This document shows, piece after piece, positions 1-8,953 of a stretch of 64,000 nucleotides of DNA. Position 1 is the stretch's first letter, and each line of letters starts with the position of its first letter. This DNA comes from Candidatus Microgenomates bacterium (lineage in GTDB: Bacteria; Patescibacteriota; Microgenomatia; UBA8517; JACQJR01), in contig JACQJR010000001.1 in NCBI GenBank assembly GCA_016204995.1, forward strand, positions 539,034 through 603,033. The letters run 5' to 3'. The notes under the pieces were generated by a model. That model did no database searches and was not told the DNA's origin. It was given only the letters and a program-made list of their open reading frames with translations. Made by a program: the position numbers and the translations under genes.

Positions 1-22
1 TCGCCGTCGGCAGACAATTGTA

Positions 23-658
23 ATGGAAATAATCCCCGCTATCTTAACTAATGACAAGCAGGAGCTGGAAGAGAAGATGGCTCGGCTGGCAGGATTAGTT
101 AAAAGGGTACAGATTGATATTATTGATGGAGTTTTTAGCGACAACAAAACAGTTTTGCCGGATGCGCTGGGAAGCATAGAAACTGAATTGTTAATTGATT
201 TCCAATTAATGACCAAAGAGCCAATTGATTGGATAGAACATTGTGTTCGAGGGATGGCGGAGCGGATTTTTGGCCAGATTGAAATGATGAGTAGTCAAGA
301 GGAATTTGTGGGGAAAGTGCAGGAAGTGGGAGCAAAAGTAGGATTGGCTTTAGATTTAGATACACCAATTGAGCGCCTTGATACGGTCATTTTAACTAAT
401 ATTGATGCAGTGTTATTGATGTCAGTTAAAGCCGGATTTGGAGGGCAAAATTTTGATCCCCACATAATTTCTAAAATAAAAGCGTTGGATGAAATTCGCG
501 TGCGGGATAACACGCCGTTTGTAATTTGTGTGGATGGGGGAATTAATGAGGCTAATATAAAAGAGGTAAGACAGGCCGGAGCCGATGAAGTGGCTATCGG
601 CCGGAGACTTTTTGCAGGAGATGTAGAGGAAAATCTTAAGAGGCTGTTAGGCTCTTAG
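23..658 (+). CDS. rpe: ribulose-phosphate 3-epimerase
   Basis: IDIIDG, MSVKAGFGGQ and VDGGIN motifs; pentose-phosphate context. Confidence 0.9.
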   Translation: MEIIPAILTNDKQELEEKMARLAGLVKRVQIDIIDGVFSDNKTVLPDALGSIETELLIDFQLMTKEPIDWIEHCVRGMAERIFGQIEMMSSQEEFVGKVQEVGAKVGLALDLDTPIERLDTVILTNIDAVLLMSVKAGFGGQNFDPHIISKIKALDEIRVRDNTPFVICVDGGINEANIKEVRQAGADEVAIGRRLFAGDVEENLKRLLGS

Positions 659-713
659 GTAATTGGGCTTTTGGGTATTTAACCTAAGAGCCAAGGAGCC
701 TAATGCCCTAATA
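641..713. repeat. 8-bp-period inverted tandem array (TTRGG / CCYAA family); supplies the rpe stop codon
   Basis: ttaggctc-ttaggtaa-ttgggctt-ttgggta followed by acctaaga-gccaagga-gcctaat-gccctaat. Confidence 0.8.
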
Positions 714-725
714 GTCTATATACGC

Positions 726-1331
726 ATGCAAAAGATTAAACAAATTTCTATTTTTGGTTTTGCCGATGCCCAGCGTGATGATCCTTTATACAAGGAAGCT
801 TATGAAGCGGCGCAAGTTTTGGCACAAGCAGGCTATGTCATTATTAATGGCGGTGGACCCGGGGTGATGCGGGCAGCTAGCGAAGGCGCCAAAGCCGTGG
901 GCGGTAAAACCATTGGGGTGACTTTTTATCCCCAGGATATTTCCCATTTTGAAGGCCGAGACCCGGATAATCCAATTGATCAGGAAATTGTCACTCAAAA
1001 TTATCTGGAGCGGACTTTAAAGCTTTTGGAATTAGGTGATGCCTATTTAATTTTCAAAGGCGGGACAGGGACTATTTCCGAATTTGGCATGGCCTGGGGA
1101 TTGGCGAGACTTTATTTTGGTCATCATAAGCCTTTAATTTTATACGGTAAGTTTTGGGAAGAAATAATTGCCTCTTTTATCAATAATATGAGAATGCGGC
1201 CGGAGGAAATGAAAGTCTATCGGATAGTTAGTAATCCTAGAGAGTTATTGGAGGCGATTGAATTATTGGAAGACTTTGCTCCACATGATGGACATTTGGC
1301 TAATGATCACGAACGAGCATTTCAGCTATGA
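726..1331 (+). CDS. LOG family (lysine decarboxylase-like / nucleotide phosphoribohydrolase) protein
   Basis: INGGGPGVM and FKGGTGTISE motifs; start moved to ATG 726 because the upstream ORF extension is repeat DNA. Confidence 0.85.
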   Translation: MQKIKQISIFGFADAQRDDPLYKEAYEAAQVLAQAGYVIINGGGPGVMRAASEGAKAVGGKTIGVTFYPQDISHFEGRDPDNPIDQEIVTQNYLERTLKLLELGDAYLIFKGGTGTISEFGMAWGLARLYFGHHKPLILYGKFWEEIIASFINNMRMRPEEMKVYRIVSNPRELLEAIELLEDFAPHDGHLANDHERAFQL

Positions 1332-1334
1332 ATG

Positions 1335-1450
1335 ACCAGATAACCAGGATACTCGGAAAACTCGGAGAACCAGAATATCAGAGAAATCTGATGCTCTGAT
1401 TATCTGATATTCTGGTTCTCCGAGTTTTCTGATTTTTCTGATTCTCTGAA
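1335..1450. repeat. 8-9-bp-period inverted tandem array (CAGA / TCTG family)
   Basis: 27-bp perfect inverted repeat 1356-1382 / 1403-1429 inside periodic cag/ctg units. Confidence 0.9.
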
Positions 1451-1452
1451 AT

Positions 1453-2295
1453 ATGACTATCAAACAGTTAGAACAAAAAGCTAATGAAATCAGAGAAGAC
1501 ATTATTAATATGTTGGTAGCTGCTGGTAGCGGTCATTCGGCTGGTCCCTTGGGCATGGCTGATGTTTTTACCGCTCTCTATTTTCAAGTTCTAAATCATA
1601 AGCCCAAAAATCCCGATTGGCCAGAGCGCGACCGCTTAATTTTATCCAATGGTCATATTGTGCCGGTGAGATATGCGGCAATGAGCGCCGCCGGTTATTT
1701 TCCCAAAGAAGAACTATTAACTTTGCGCAAACTGGGCAGTCGTCTGCAAGGTCATCCGGAGAGAAGAAGATTGCCTGGCGTAGAAACCACTTCCGGCCCC
1801 TTGGGATCGGGTCTGGCCCAGGCAGCAGGTTTGGCCTATGCCGCCCGCATGGATAACCAAAAATTCAGAGTGTATTGCATTTGTTCTGACGGTGAGCATG
1901 ATGAGGGTAATCATTGGGAAGCAGTCCTTTTCGCTGCGAAAAGTAAACTGGCCAATTTAACCGCCATTATTGACCGTAACAATATTCAAATTGACGGCCA
2001 TACGGAAGATGTTATGCCGCTGGAGCCACTAACGGCTAAATATGAAGCTTTTGGCTGGCATGTTTTGGATATTGACGGCCATAATATGAAGGAAATTATT
2101 GATGCCTGTCATCATGCCAAGAGTATTTTTGAAAAACCCACCGTCATTATTGCCCACACCATTCCCGGTAAAGGCGTGTCTTTTATGGAAAATCTGCCCG
2201 AATGGCACGGCAAACCTCCTAGCCGCGAAGAAGCCCAAAAAGCTTTGCATGAATTACGGACACTAGGCGGGAGAATTAGGAGTGAGCATGAATAG
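1453..2295 (+). CDS. transketolase, N-terminal (TPP-binding) subunit
   Basis: SGH, DRLILSNGH, LQGHP, SDGEHDEG and HTIPGKG motifs. Confidence 0.95.
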   Translation: MTIKQLEQKANEIREDIINMLVAAGSGHSAGPLGMADVFTALYFQVLNHKPKNPDWPERDRLILSNGHIVPVRYAAMSAAGYFPKEELLTLRKLGSRLQGHPERRRLPGVETTSGPLGSGLAQAAGLAYAARMDNQKFRVYCICSDGEHDEGNHWEAVLFAAKSKLANLTAIIDRNNIQIDGHTEDVMPLEPLTAKYEAFGWHVLDIDGHNMKEIIDACHHAKSIFEKPTVIIAHTIPGKGVSFMENLPEWHGKPPSREEAQKALHELRTLGGRIRSEHE

Positions 2296-2815
2296 TGAGT
2301 ATATATTAAAATCTAGATTGGTCACTCCTATAATTTTAGCTAAAGATTTTATATTGATTTTAATAGTCATAGTCTTGATTTATTATGCAGCACCTCAAAT
2401 TTTAAATAGAGATAGGTTATGGCTTATCCTGATAGCACCTATTTTATATCTACTTACGATCTCTATGAGAATTAGTTCTAAGATTGTTTTATCCGATTCT
2501 CAGTTAGACTTTAGCAAGGAGGTGGCTACTGTTTTTGTATGGCCAGGATTAGGCTCCACCTACAAAGAAGTTTTAGATATTAAAGATATAGTTCAAATAA
2601 AGAAAAATTTCAAAGTAGTAACTATGAGGGGTTGGTATATGTGGTGGACTTTAGATTTGGTTCTAAAAGACGGCAAGCATAAGTCAATTAATTACTATTG
2701 GTATAAAAAGCAGGAATTAGGCAAACTTTTAAGTTTAATTATTACAAATAATCCACGAATAAAGGTTGATAGTTTTACTCAAAATCTAATTTCCACTTTT
2801 AAATTTACCCAATAA
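2282..2815 (+). CDS. hypothetical membrane protein (2 TM plus soluble domain) ending in STFKFTQ
   Basis: 177-aa ORF with two hydrophobic segments; AT-rich. Confidence 0.6.
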   Translation: MSMNSEYILKSRLVTPIILAKDFILILIVIVLIYYAAPQILNRDRLWLILIAPILYLLTISMRISSKIVLSDSQLDFSKEVATVFVWPGLGSTYKEVLDIKDIVQIKKNFKVVTMRGWYMWWTLDLVLKDGKHKSINYYWYKKQELGKLLSLIITNNPRIKVDSFTQNLISTFKFTQ

Positions 2816-2823
2816 CCAGGGCT

Positions 2824-2857
2824 TGACAATTCTATACAAATTATATACAATAGTTGT
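2824..2857 (+). promoter_or_regulatory. sigma70 promoter of the TA operon, probably leaderless
   Basis: TTGACA...TACAAT ending 6 nt before ATG 2858; tatacaa repeats are a possible operator. Confidence 0.6.
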
Positions 2858-3106
2858 ATGCAAACACAGACTTTCAATATTGCTTTACCTAAAGAATTAG
2901 TAAAAATGGTAGATAGGACAGCTAAGAAGGAGTATAAGAATCGTAGCGAGCTGATTCGGGAGGCCCTTCGTGTTTATCTTAAAGACCAGGAAGATTGGGA
3001 ACAAATATTTCAAGCAGGAGAGGTAGGAATGAAGAAAATGGGTCTTAAAAACGAGAAGCAAGTAGATAATATAGTTTATGAATTTAGGCACGGCCGTAAA
3101 TTATAG
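2858..3106 (+). CDS. CopG/ribbon-helix-helix antitoxin
   Basis: TFNIALPKEL...NRSELIREAL RHH pattern; overlaps the PIN gene. Confidence 0.85.
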   Translation: MQTQTFNIALPKELVKMVDRTAKKEYKNRSELIREALRVYLKDQEDWEQIFQAGEVGMKKMGLKNEKQVDNIVYEFRHGRKL

Positions 3107-3503
3107 AGTAGTTCTTGATACCAATATTTTAATTTCCGCCATTGGCTTCGGAGGCAAACCAAGAAAAATACTGCTACTAACTTTAGGTGATAATTTTCAA
3201 GGCGTAACATCCTCTATACTTCTGGCAGAGTTTCATGAAGTTATCATCAAGAAGTTTCCTGAACTGCAAAAAATATTACCAATAGTGGAACGAAAAATTA
3301 GCAAAAAGTTTCTTATAGTAAAACCCAGAAAGACATTGGATATCCTAAAGGATAAAGATGATAACAGAGTTTTGGAAGCTGCTATAGAAGGTAATTGTGC
3401 TTTCATAGTAACAGGCGATAAAGAGTTGTTGAAACTTAAAAATTATCAAGGTATAAAAGTTCTAACAGCAGAAGAATTTTTAAGTGTACGAAGATATTCT
3501 TGA
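3078..3503 (+). CDS. PIN-domain (VapC-like) toxin
   Basis: VVLDTNILISA, DKDDNRVLEAA and IVTGDKELL motifs. Confidence 0.9.
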   Translation: MNLGTAVNYRVVLDTNILISAIGFGGKPRKILLLTLGDNFQGVTSSILLAEFHEVIIKKFPELQKILPIVERKISKKFLIVKPRKTLDILKDKDDNRVLEAAIEGNCAFIVTGDKELLKLKNYQGIKVLTAEEFLSVRRYS

Positions 3504-3530
3504 CAATCCTAAAAATGCTATACTGAATTA

Positions 3531-4190
3531 ATGTACTTCGGCTGGTTCGATTATACTCACCACAACTCCTCTCAGTATCATAGACAGCGTGGATTTGCTC
3601 CAATTTTAATAGTTATCTTATTTATTTTTGGCATTATCTTTTTTATCCCCTGGCCTACTTCTCATACGCATATGGCAGAATGTGTTAATTTGCCTCCTAG
3701 TCAGCGTGCAGTTACAGATTGCGTTGAGAGGGTGTGGAATCCTTCCATTGCTCAACAATTATGGACTTTATTTATTACAAAATAAAATTCTATATCTACG
3801 AAGGGAATAGACATAACAGACGAAACAGCTAACTGGAAAACATATACAAATCATGGTGTTAGTTTTAAGTATCCTGTTGATTTGGAGGTGTTAAGTGATA
3901 ATGAAAATAAAATCGAATTAAGTAATCCAATATGGAATATAGTTATTCTTTCAGTGCTGTTTACTGAAAATCAATCAACTCTAAGTACCGCTCAAATTCA
4001 AACCAGTTTTATTTTAGATAAAATACCAGCTATTCGATTCAATACTTCGAAAGATAATCGTTTTTATCGTGCTACTATTAAAACTACAGAAAAACCTTTT
4101 ATAGAAATCCAATATTATGTAGATATTACAAATCCTCAACCAGAATTTATTTTTGACAAAATCCTCTCCACTTTTAAATTTACCCAATAG
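3531..4190 (+). pseudogene. pilin-type-signal surface protein (PsbP-like C-terminus) interrupted by one in-frame TAA at 3783-3785
   Basis: ORFs 3531..3785 and 3882..4190 share a frame; the gap reads NSISTKGIDITDETANWKTYTNHGVSFKYPVD with no other stop. Confidence 0.75.
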
Positions 4191-4433
4191 ATCTTGAAAT
4201 GAGTCCTAGGAGTGTGTGGGCGAACTCACATTAAAAGATTATTTATATCAAAATTTCTAGATTCTTTGGCGATTAATTTTTCTTTCCCACTGATATGTCT
4301 TCTCCAGCCTTTGAAAGCTATCGCTCTTTTAAGTTTATGACTTATAGATTTATTTTTATTGCTTAAGACGCTCATCAAAAGTAGTATACTCAAAATATAC
4401 CAAAAGACCTAATGTTAATTAGATGTAGTGCTT

Positions 4434-4494
4434 CTGCAACAACTAACATTAATTGTTGCAGTAAATTGATTTACTGCAACAACTGTGGTATATT
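4434..4494 (+). promoter_or_regulatory. operator-like inverted repeat overlapping the fic promoter
   Basis: 14-bp perfect IR ttgttgcagtaaat (4453-4466) / atttactgcaacaa (4469-4482); a third ctgcaacaa at 4434. Confidence 0.6.
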
Positions 4495-4500
4495 TATCTA

Positions 4501-5565
4501 ATGACTAAGCCCAACCATCCTAATAAATTACCAGTAGAGATAGACTATGGGCGCATAGCTAAGCTTTTAGCTAGGGCGCAGTATGCCTTAGGCCGCTTAG
4601 ATGGTTTACATAACCAATTAAAAGAGCCGAATTTGATTCTTGCCCCTCTTACTACTAAGGAGGCTACAGTTAGTTCTAAAATAGAAGGAACACAAAGTTC
4701 AGTGAGGGATGTATTTTTGCATGAAGCTGGCGAGAAAACTAGATTCACTGATGTGGTGGAGGTTTCAAATTATAAAGAAGCTATGCAGTATGCAATTGAG
4801 GAATTAGAGGCTAGGCCATTAGTTCTAAATTTAATAAAAGAAATCCACGAGATTCTCTTAAGAGGAGTAAGGGGGAAAGGTAGAAAAGGGGTTTTTAGAG
4901 ATGATCAGGTCTGGCTTGGACAAGAAGGGGACCCAATAGAGAAGGCAACATATGTTCCGCCAGAGCAAAATTTAGTAGATGAATATATGACAAATCTTGA
5001 AAAATATATTCATTTTGAAAATGAAGATGTTTTGATACAAGCAGCTTTAATCCATTATCAATTTGAGGCCATTCACCCATTTAATGATGGTAATGGTAGG
5101 ATTGGAAGATTACTTATTCCGCTATTTTTGTATTATAAAAATAAGATTACATTACCAATTCTTTATCTAAGCGGATATTTTGAATCGAATAAAGATGCAT
5201 ATCTTGATGCCTTACATAAAGTAGATATTGATAATGACTACAATAATTGGATTCAATATTTTCTAAATGCCGTGATAAAGCAATCAGGCGAAACACAGAA
5301 ACTTATTGAAAAAATACTCAACTTAAATGAAGAAACGGCTAAAAAGGTGGAAGATATTAAGTCTCCTTATATTTCAAGAATAGTGGAATTTTTGTTCAAA
5401 AAACCCATATTTAATGTACCTATGTTGACGGAAGAAATATCAGCCCATAGGTCAACTATGATCCGTCTAGTAGAAGAATTAATAAGATTAAATATTTTAA
5501 TAGAGATAAAGTTAGAAAAACATAAACGCACATTTGTTTTTACAGACTTAGTGAAGATTCTTTAA
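4501..5565 (+). CDS. Fic family protein (Fic_N + Fic + C-terminal HTH)
   Basis: HPFNDGNGRIGR and SSKIEGT motifs. Confidence 0.92.
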   Translation: MTKPNHPNKLPVEIDYGRIAKLLARAQYALGRLDGLHNQLKEPNLILAPLTTKEATVSSKIEGTQSSVRDVFLHEAGEKTRFTDVVEVSNYKEAMQYAIEELEARPLVLNLIKEIHEILLRGVRGKGRKGVFRDDQVWLGQEGDPIEKATYVPPEQNLVDEYMTNLEKYIHFENEDVLIQAALIHYQFEAIHPFNDGNGRIGRLLIPLFLYYKNKITLPILYLSGYFESNKDAYLDALHKVDIDNDYNNWIQYFLNAVIKQSGETQKLIEKILNLNEETAKKVEDIKSPYISRIVEFLFKKPIFNVPMLTEEISAHRSTMIRLVEELIRLNILIEIKLEKHKRTFVFTDLVKIL

Positions 5566-5582
5566 AGAAGGAGAGCAAATAT

Positions 5583-5654
5583 ATGTCAAAAATTAAAATC
5601 TATTTTGATAAAAAGGGGCGGACTCTTAGTGTCTGGTTTGATGATCCCAATTGA
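5583..5654 (+). pseudogene. truncated DUF2283-like gene fragment
   Basis: MSKIKIYFDKKGRTLSVWFDDPN* after an SD (gaaggag); resembles the N-terminus of 32435..32635. Confidence 0.4.
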
Positions 5655-5839
5655 GCTTAAAGTTACTTAGTCACAAATTTGTTGGTAGAAAGTGACTATT
5701 TTTTTTTTGAAAAAAATTAATTTCAAAAACTGCTAATTTTTTAGCCTCGTTTTGTGCGAATTAAACTATTGACAAATGTGAAATAATTCTTCAATCTTAA
5801 TGATGTACCGTATGTTTTACTGACGGACAAAAACCAGCG

Positions 5840-6196
5840 ATGCCTGCAGGACGATATCACATCATTATCCACGCTAATGGCGTAAATAACGATAGCCTCA
5901 CAGATAAAGAAGGTCTAACTAATTTTCTCAATATTCTTCCCGGAAAAATTAACATGAGTATTTTAAATCCTCCGGTGGTAGTGGAAGGCATTCCGGCAAA
6001 TCCCGGACTGTCCGGTTTTGTCATTATTGATTTTTCCCATATCTCAATTCATACCTTTACCGAGTACAACCAGGTGATGGTGGATATTTTTTCTTGCAAA
6101 CCATATGATCAAGAAGACGCCACCCAAGCGGTGTTAGATTACTTCCAAGTGCCCCGTGAGCAGGCGATGGTGGAAAAGGTTTATTGGGGGGAGTAG
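5840..6196 (+). CDS. pyruvoyl-dependent S-adenosylmethionine decarboxylase-family proenzyme (SpeD/SpeH-like)
   Basis: GLSGFVII-DFSHISIHTF and VDIFSCK motifs. Confidence 0.8.
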   Translation: MPAGRYHIIIHANGVNNDSLTDKEGLTNFLNILPGKINMSILNPPVVVEGIPANPGLSGFVIIDFSHISIHTFTEYNQVMVDIFSCKPYDQEDATQAVLDYFQVPREQAMVEKVYWGE

Positions 6197-6198
6197 AA

Positions 6199-6233
6199 TA
6201 GACTCTAGATATTAGAGTTTAGATTTTAGAACT
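6199..6233. repeat. five TAGAnnn heptamers directly abutting the ATG
   Basis: tagactc tagatat tagagtt tagattt tagaact ATG. Confidence 0.8.
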
Positions 6234-7235
6234 ATGCTAAATGCCTCTGCCCACCTTTCTTCGCACATTTTTTCTGCTGATATTGAAAAGATTGCCACGC
6301 GTCAAGGATATGGTGAGGGTTTGGTGGAGGCGGGAGAGAAAGATGAGAATATAGTGGTGTTATGCGCTGATTTGACCGAAAGCACCCGTTCTAATTTATT
6401 TGCTGAAAAATTTCCCGACAGGTTTATTGAAGTGGGAGTAGCAGAACAATTAATGGCGACCCTAGCAGCAGGGATGGCTAATTATGGCAAAATTCCCTTT
6501 ATCTCTTCCTATTCGGCTTTTTCGCCCGGCCGTAACTGGGAACAAATCAGAACCACCATTGCTTTAAACGATGTGCCGGTAAAAATTGCCGGCGCCCATT
6601 CGGGAATTTCGGTGGGGCCGGATGGAGCCACTCACCAGCAACTTGAGGATATTGCCATGATGTCCGCCATGCCCAATATGATAGTGGTGGTGCCAGCCGA
6701 TAGTGTGGAGGCTAAAAAAGCCACTCTGGCCATTGCCGAAAATGGCAAACCTTCCTATCTTCGTTTTGCCCGCCACAATTCTCCCCTTTTTACGACCAGC
6801 CAAACTCCTTTTAAGGTGGGCCGCGCCGAGATTTTCTGGCAAAGTAAAAAGCCGGAAGTAGCGATTATTGCCTGCGGCCCTCTAGTCTATGAAGCATTGC
6901 TGGCGGTCAAAGAATTGGAGGAGAATGGGATGGGGAGCATAGTGGTTAATAACCATACCGTTAAACCACTTGATGAACAAACTCTGGCCCGGGTTGCTAA
7001 AATTTGCGGCTGTGTAGTAACAGTGGAAGAACATCAAATCCAAGGAGGTTTGGGGGCGGCAGTAGCTGAAGTTTTAGCGCGTAGTTTTCCAGTGCCGATA
7101 GAATATGTGGGAATGCCTGATAGTTTTGGTGAGTCAGGCGAGCCAGAAGAACTTTTGGAAAAATATGGTATGACCGCCTGTTATATAATGGAAAAGGCCA
7201 AACTGGTAATTGGCCGAAAAAATCATGGAGATTAA
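6234..7235 (+). CDS. transketolase, C-terminal subunit
   Basis: ADLTEST, EVGVAEQ, GPDGATHQ and TVEEH motifs. Confidence 0.95.
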   Translation: MLNASAHLSSHIFSADIEKIATRQGYGEGLVEAGEKDENIVVLCADLTESTRSNLFAEKFPDRFIEVGVAEQLMATLAAGMANYGKIPFISSYSAFSPGRNWEQIRTTIALNDVPVKIAGAHSGISVGPDGATHQQLEDIAMMSAMPNMIVVVPADSVEAKKATLAIAENGKPSYLRFARHNSPLFTTSQTPFKVGRAEIFWQSKKPEVAIIACGPLVYEALLAVKELEENGMGSIVVNNHTVKPLDEQTLARVAKICGCVVTVEEHQIQGGLGAAVAEVLARSFPVPIEYVGMPDSFGESGEPEELLEKYGMTACYIMEKAKLVIGRKNHGD

Positions 7236-7974
7236 CAAAATTTTAAAAAATAATCATGGCATGCTACTGGCTTATGACCATGGTTTTGAACATGGACCGA
7301 CAGATTTTGATGAGCGGAGCGTTGACCCGGCCTGGATTATGGATATTGCCGATTCTGGTTTTTTTACCGGGGTAGTTTGTCAAAAAGGCATTGCTGAAAA
7401 GTATTATAATCGTGACAAATATAGCGTGCCTTTAATTGTCAAACTAAATGGCAAAACCGCTTTTCATAAAGATGAGGAGCCGGTTTCTTTGCAAAATTGT
7501 ACAGTGGAGGAAGCTGTTGCTTTGGGTGCAACAGGAGTAGGCTATACCATTTATGTCGGTTCAGAACATGAGCAAACGATGATTGCCGAGTTCGCGAAAA
7601 TTGAAAAAGAGGCCCACCAAAAAGGCCTCATTGTGATTGGCTGGATGTATCCGCGGGGATCACACGTCGCGAGTGATACAGATCGCGACACCTTAGCTTA
7701 TGCCGCCCGTTTAGGATTAGAACTAGGAGCAGATGCCATTAAAATTAAATACACCGGAGACGCGGAAAGTTTTTCCTGGGTGGTTAAAAGTGCCGGGGAA
7801 ACGAAAGTTTTTGTGGTAGGCGGACAAAAAACTGAAACAGCAGCAGAGCTTTATCAAACGGCGAGTGATATTTTGCGAGCCGGCGCCGTGGGTTTGGCCA
7901 TCGGCCGCAATGTCTGGCAGGCGGAAAAACCAATGGAGGTAGCTAAAAAATTAGGAGAAATACTGTATGGATAA
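7225..7974 (+). CDS. class I fructose-bisphosphate aldolase (DhnA/archaeal type)
   Basis: LAYDHGFEHGP, WMYPRG, ELGADAIKIKY and AIGRNVWQ motifs. Confidence 0.9.
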   Translation: MEINKILKNNHGMLLAYDHGFEHGPTDFDERSVDPAWIMDIADSGFFTGVVCQKGIAEKYYNRDKYSVPLIVKLNGKTAFHKDEEPVSLQNCTVEEAVALGATGVGYTIYVGSEHEQTMIAEFAKIEKEAHQKGLIVIGWMYPRGSHVASDTDRDTLAYAARLGLELGADAIKIKYTGDAESFSWVVKSAGETKVFVVGGQKTETAAELYQTASDILRAGAVGLAIGRNVWQAEKPMEVAKKLGEILYG

Positions 7975-8953
7975 TTTTGATTTAATCAGTATCGGCGATG
8001 CCTCTTTAGATGTGTTTATTGCTCCGACTGAACATGAAGAACTTTGCACACTGGATCGGGAAAAATGTTTGGTTTGTTTTAACTACGCTGATAAAATTCC
8101 CGTTCGCGATTTAACTTTTTCTATGGGAGGAAACGCGGCCAATAATGCGGTGGGCTCGGCTCGTTTAGGAGTAAAAGTAGCTTTGCTTGCCACCTTAGGC
8201 GATGATAAAACGGCAGGTCAAATTATGGACAATGCTCGCACGGAGGGGGTGGATACTACTTTTGTGACTAAACAGGCAGGAGTAATGTCTAATTATTCAA
8301 CGGCTATTATGTACAATGGGGAGCGGACCATTTTTGTTTATCACGCCCCTTACAATTATCAATTTCCCACCTTGCTTCCTGCTGCCCCGTGGGCATATCT
8401 CACTTCCATGGGGGAAGGTTTTGCGCCATTTTATCAGGGATTAATTGACTGGGCGCGAGCTCATGACACTAAAATCGTTTTTAACCCTGGCAGTTTTCAG
8501 ATGAAAGCCGGCATTGATGCTCTGCGTAATTTATTCCCCTTGATTGAAATTTTATTTGTTAATAAAGAAGAGGCAGCTCGTTTGATGGGAGATCACAATT
8601 CTGTTTCGGAAAAACAACTACTAGCCGGCATGGTGCAATTAGGAGCTAAAAAAGCCGTCATTACCGATGGGGCTAACGGCGCCTTTAGCTTTGACGGTCA
8701 AAAATATTGTCGTTCTCAAGTTTTGCCGGTTGATGCTTATGAGCGAACCGGAGCGGGAGACGCCTTTGCTTCAGGTACTTTAGCCGCCTTAATACAGGGT
8801 AAAAGTATGGATGAGGCTCTACTTTGGGGGACAGTTAATTCAGCATCGGTGATCGGTCATGTCGGTCCGCAGAGAGGGCTGTTAAAAAAAGAACAACTAT
8901 CAGAATGGCTAGAAAGAGCTCAATCAAGCGGAGTAAAAGTAGAAGAATTTTAA
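7967..8953 (+). CDS. PfkB family carbohydrate kinase
   Basis: GGNAANNA and RTGAGDAF motifs. Confidence 0.9.
   Translation: MDNFDLISIGDASLDVFIAPTEHEELCTLDREKCLVCFNYADKIPVRDLTFSMGGNAANNAVGSARLGVKVALLATLGDDKTAGQIMDNARTEGVDTTFVTKQAGVMSNYSTAIMYNGERTIFVYHAPYNYQFPTLLPAAPWAYLTSMGEGFAPFYQGLIDWARAHDTKIVFNPGSFQMKAGIDALRNLFPLIEILFVNKEEAARLMGDHNSVSEKQLLAGMVQLGAKKAVITDGANGAFSFDGQKYCRSQVLPVDAYERTGAGDAFASGTLAALIQGKSMDEALLWGTVNSASVIGHVGPQRGLLKKEQLSEWLERAQSSGVKVEEF

Noticed and set aside
1-22. RpiB-Rpe fusion running off the left edge
   Set aside because: Only 22 nt are visible; another frame ends in a TAATG overlap, which fits a separate upstream gene equally well.
663-725. ORF-track extensions of the LOG, PRTase (47484) and ligase (43040) genes
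   Set aside because: The extensions are translated repeat or hairpin DNA; downstream ATGs match the domain starts.
3783-3785. Stop-codon reassignment
   Set aside because: TAA, TAG and TGA all terminate conserved genes normally; this is a single lesion.
5699-5716. T10/A7 homopolymer as a phase-variation tract
   Set aside because: It is intergenic, outside any recognisable promoter spacer or CDS, in AT-rich DNA.
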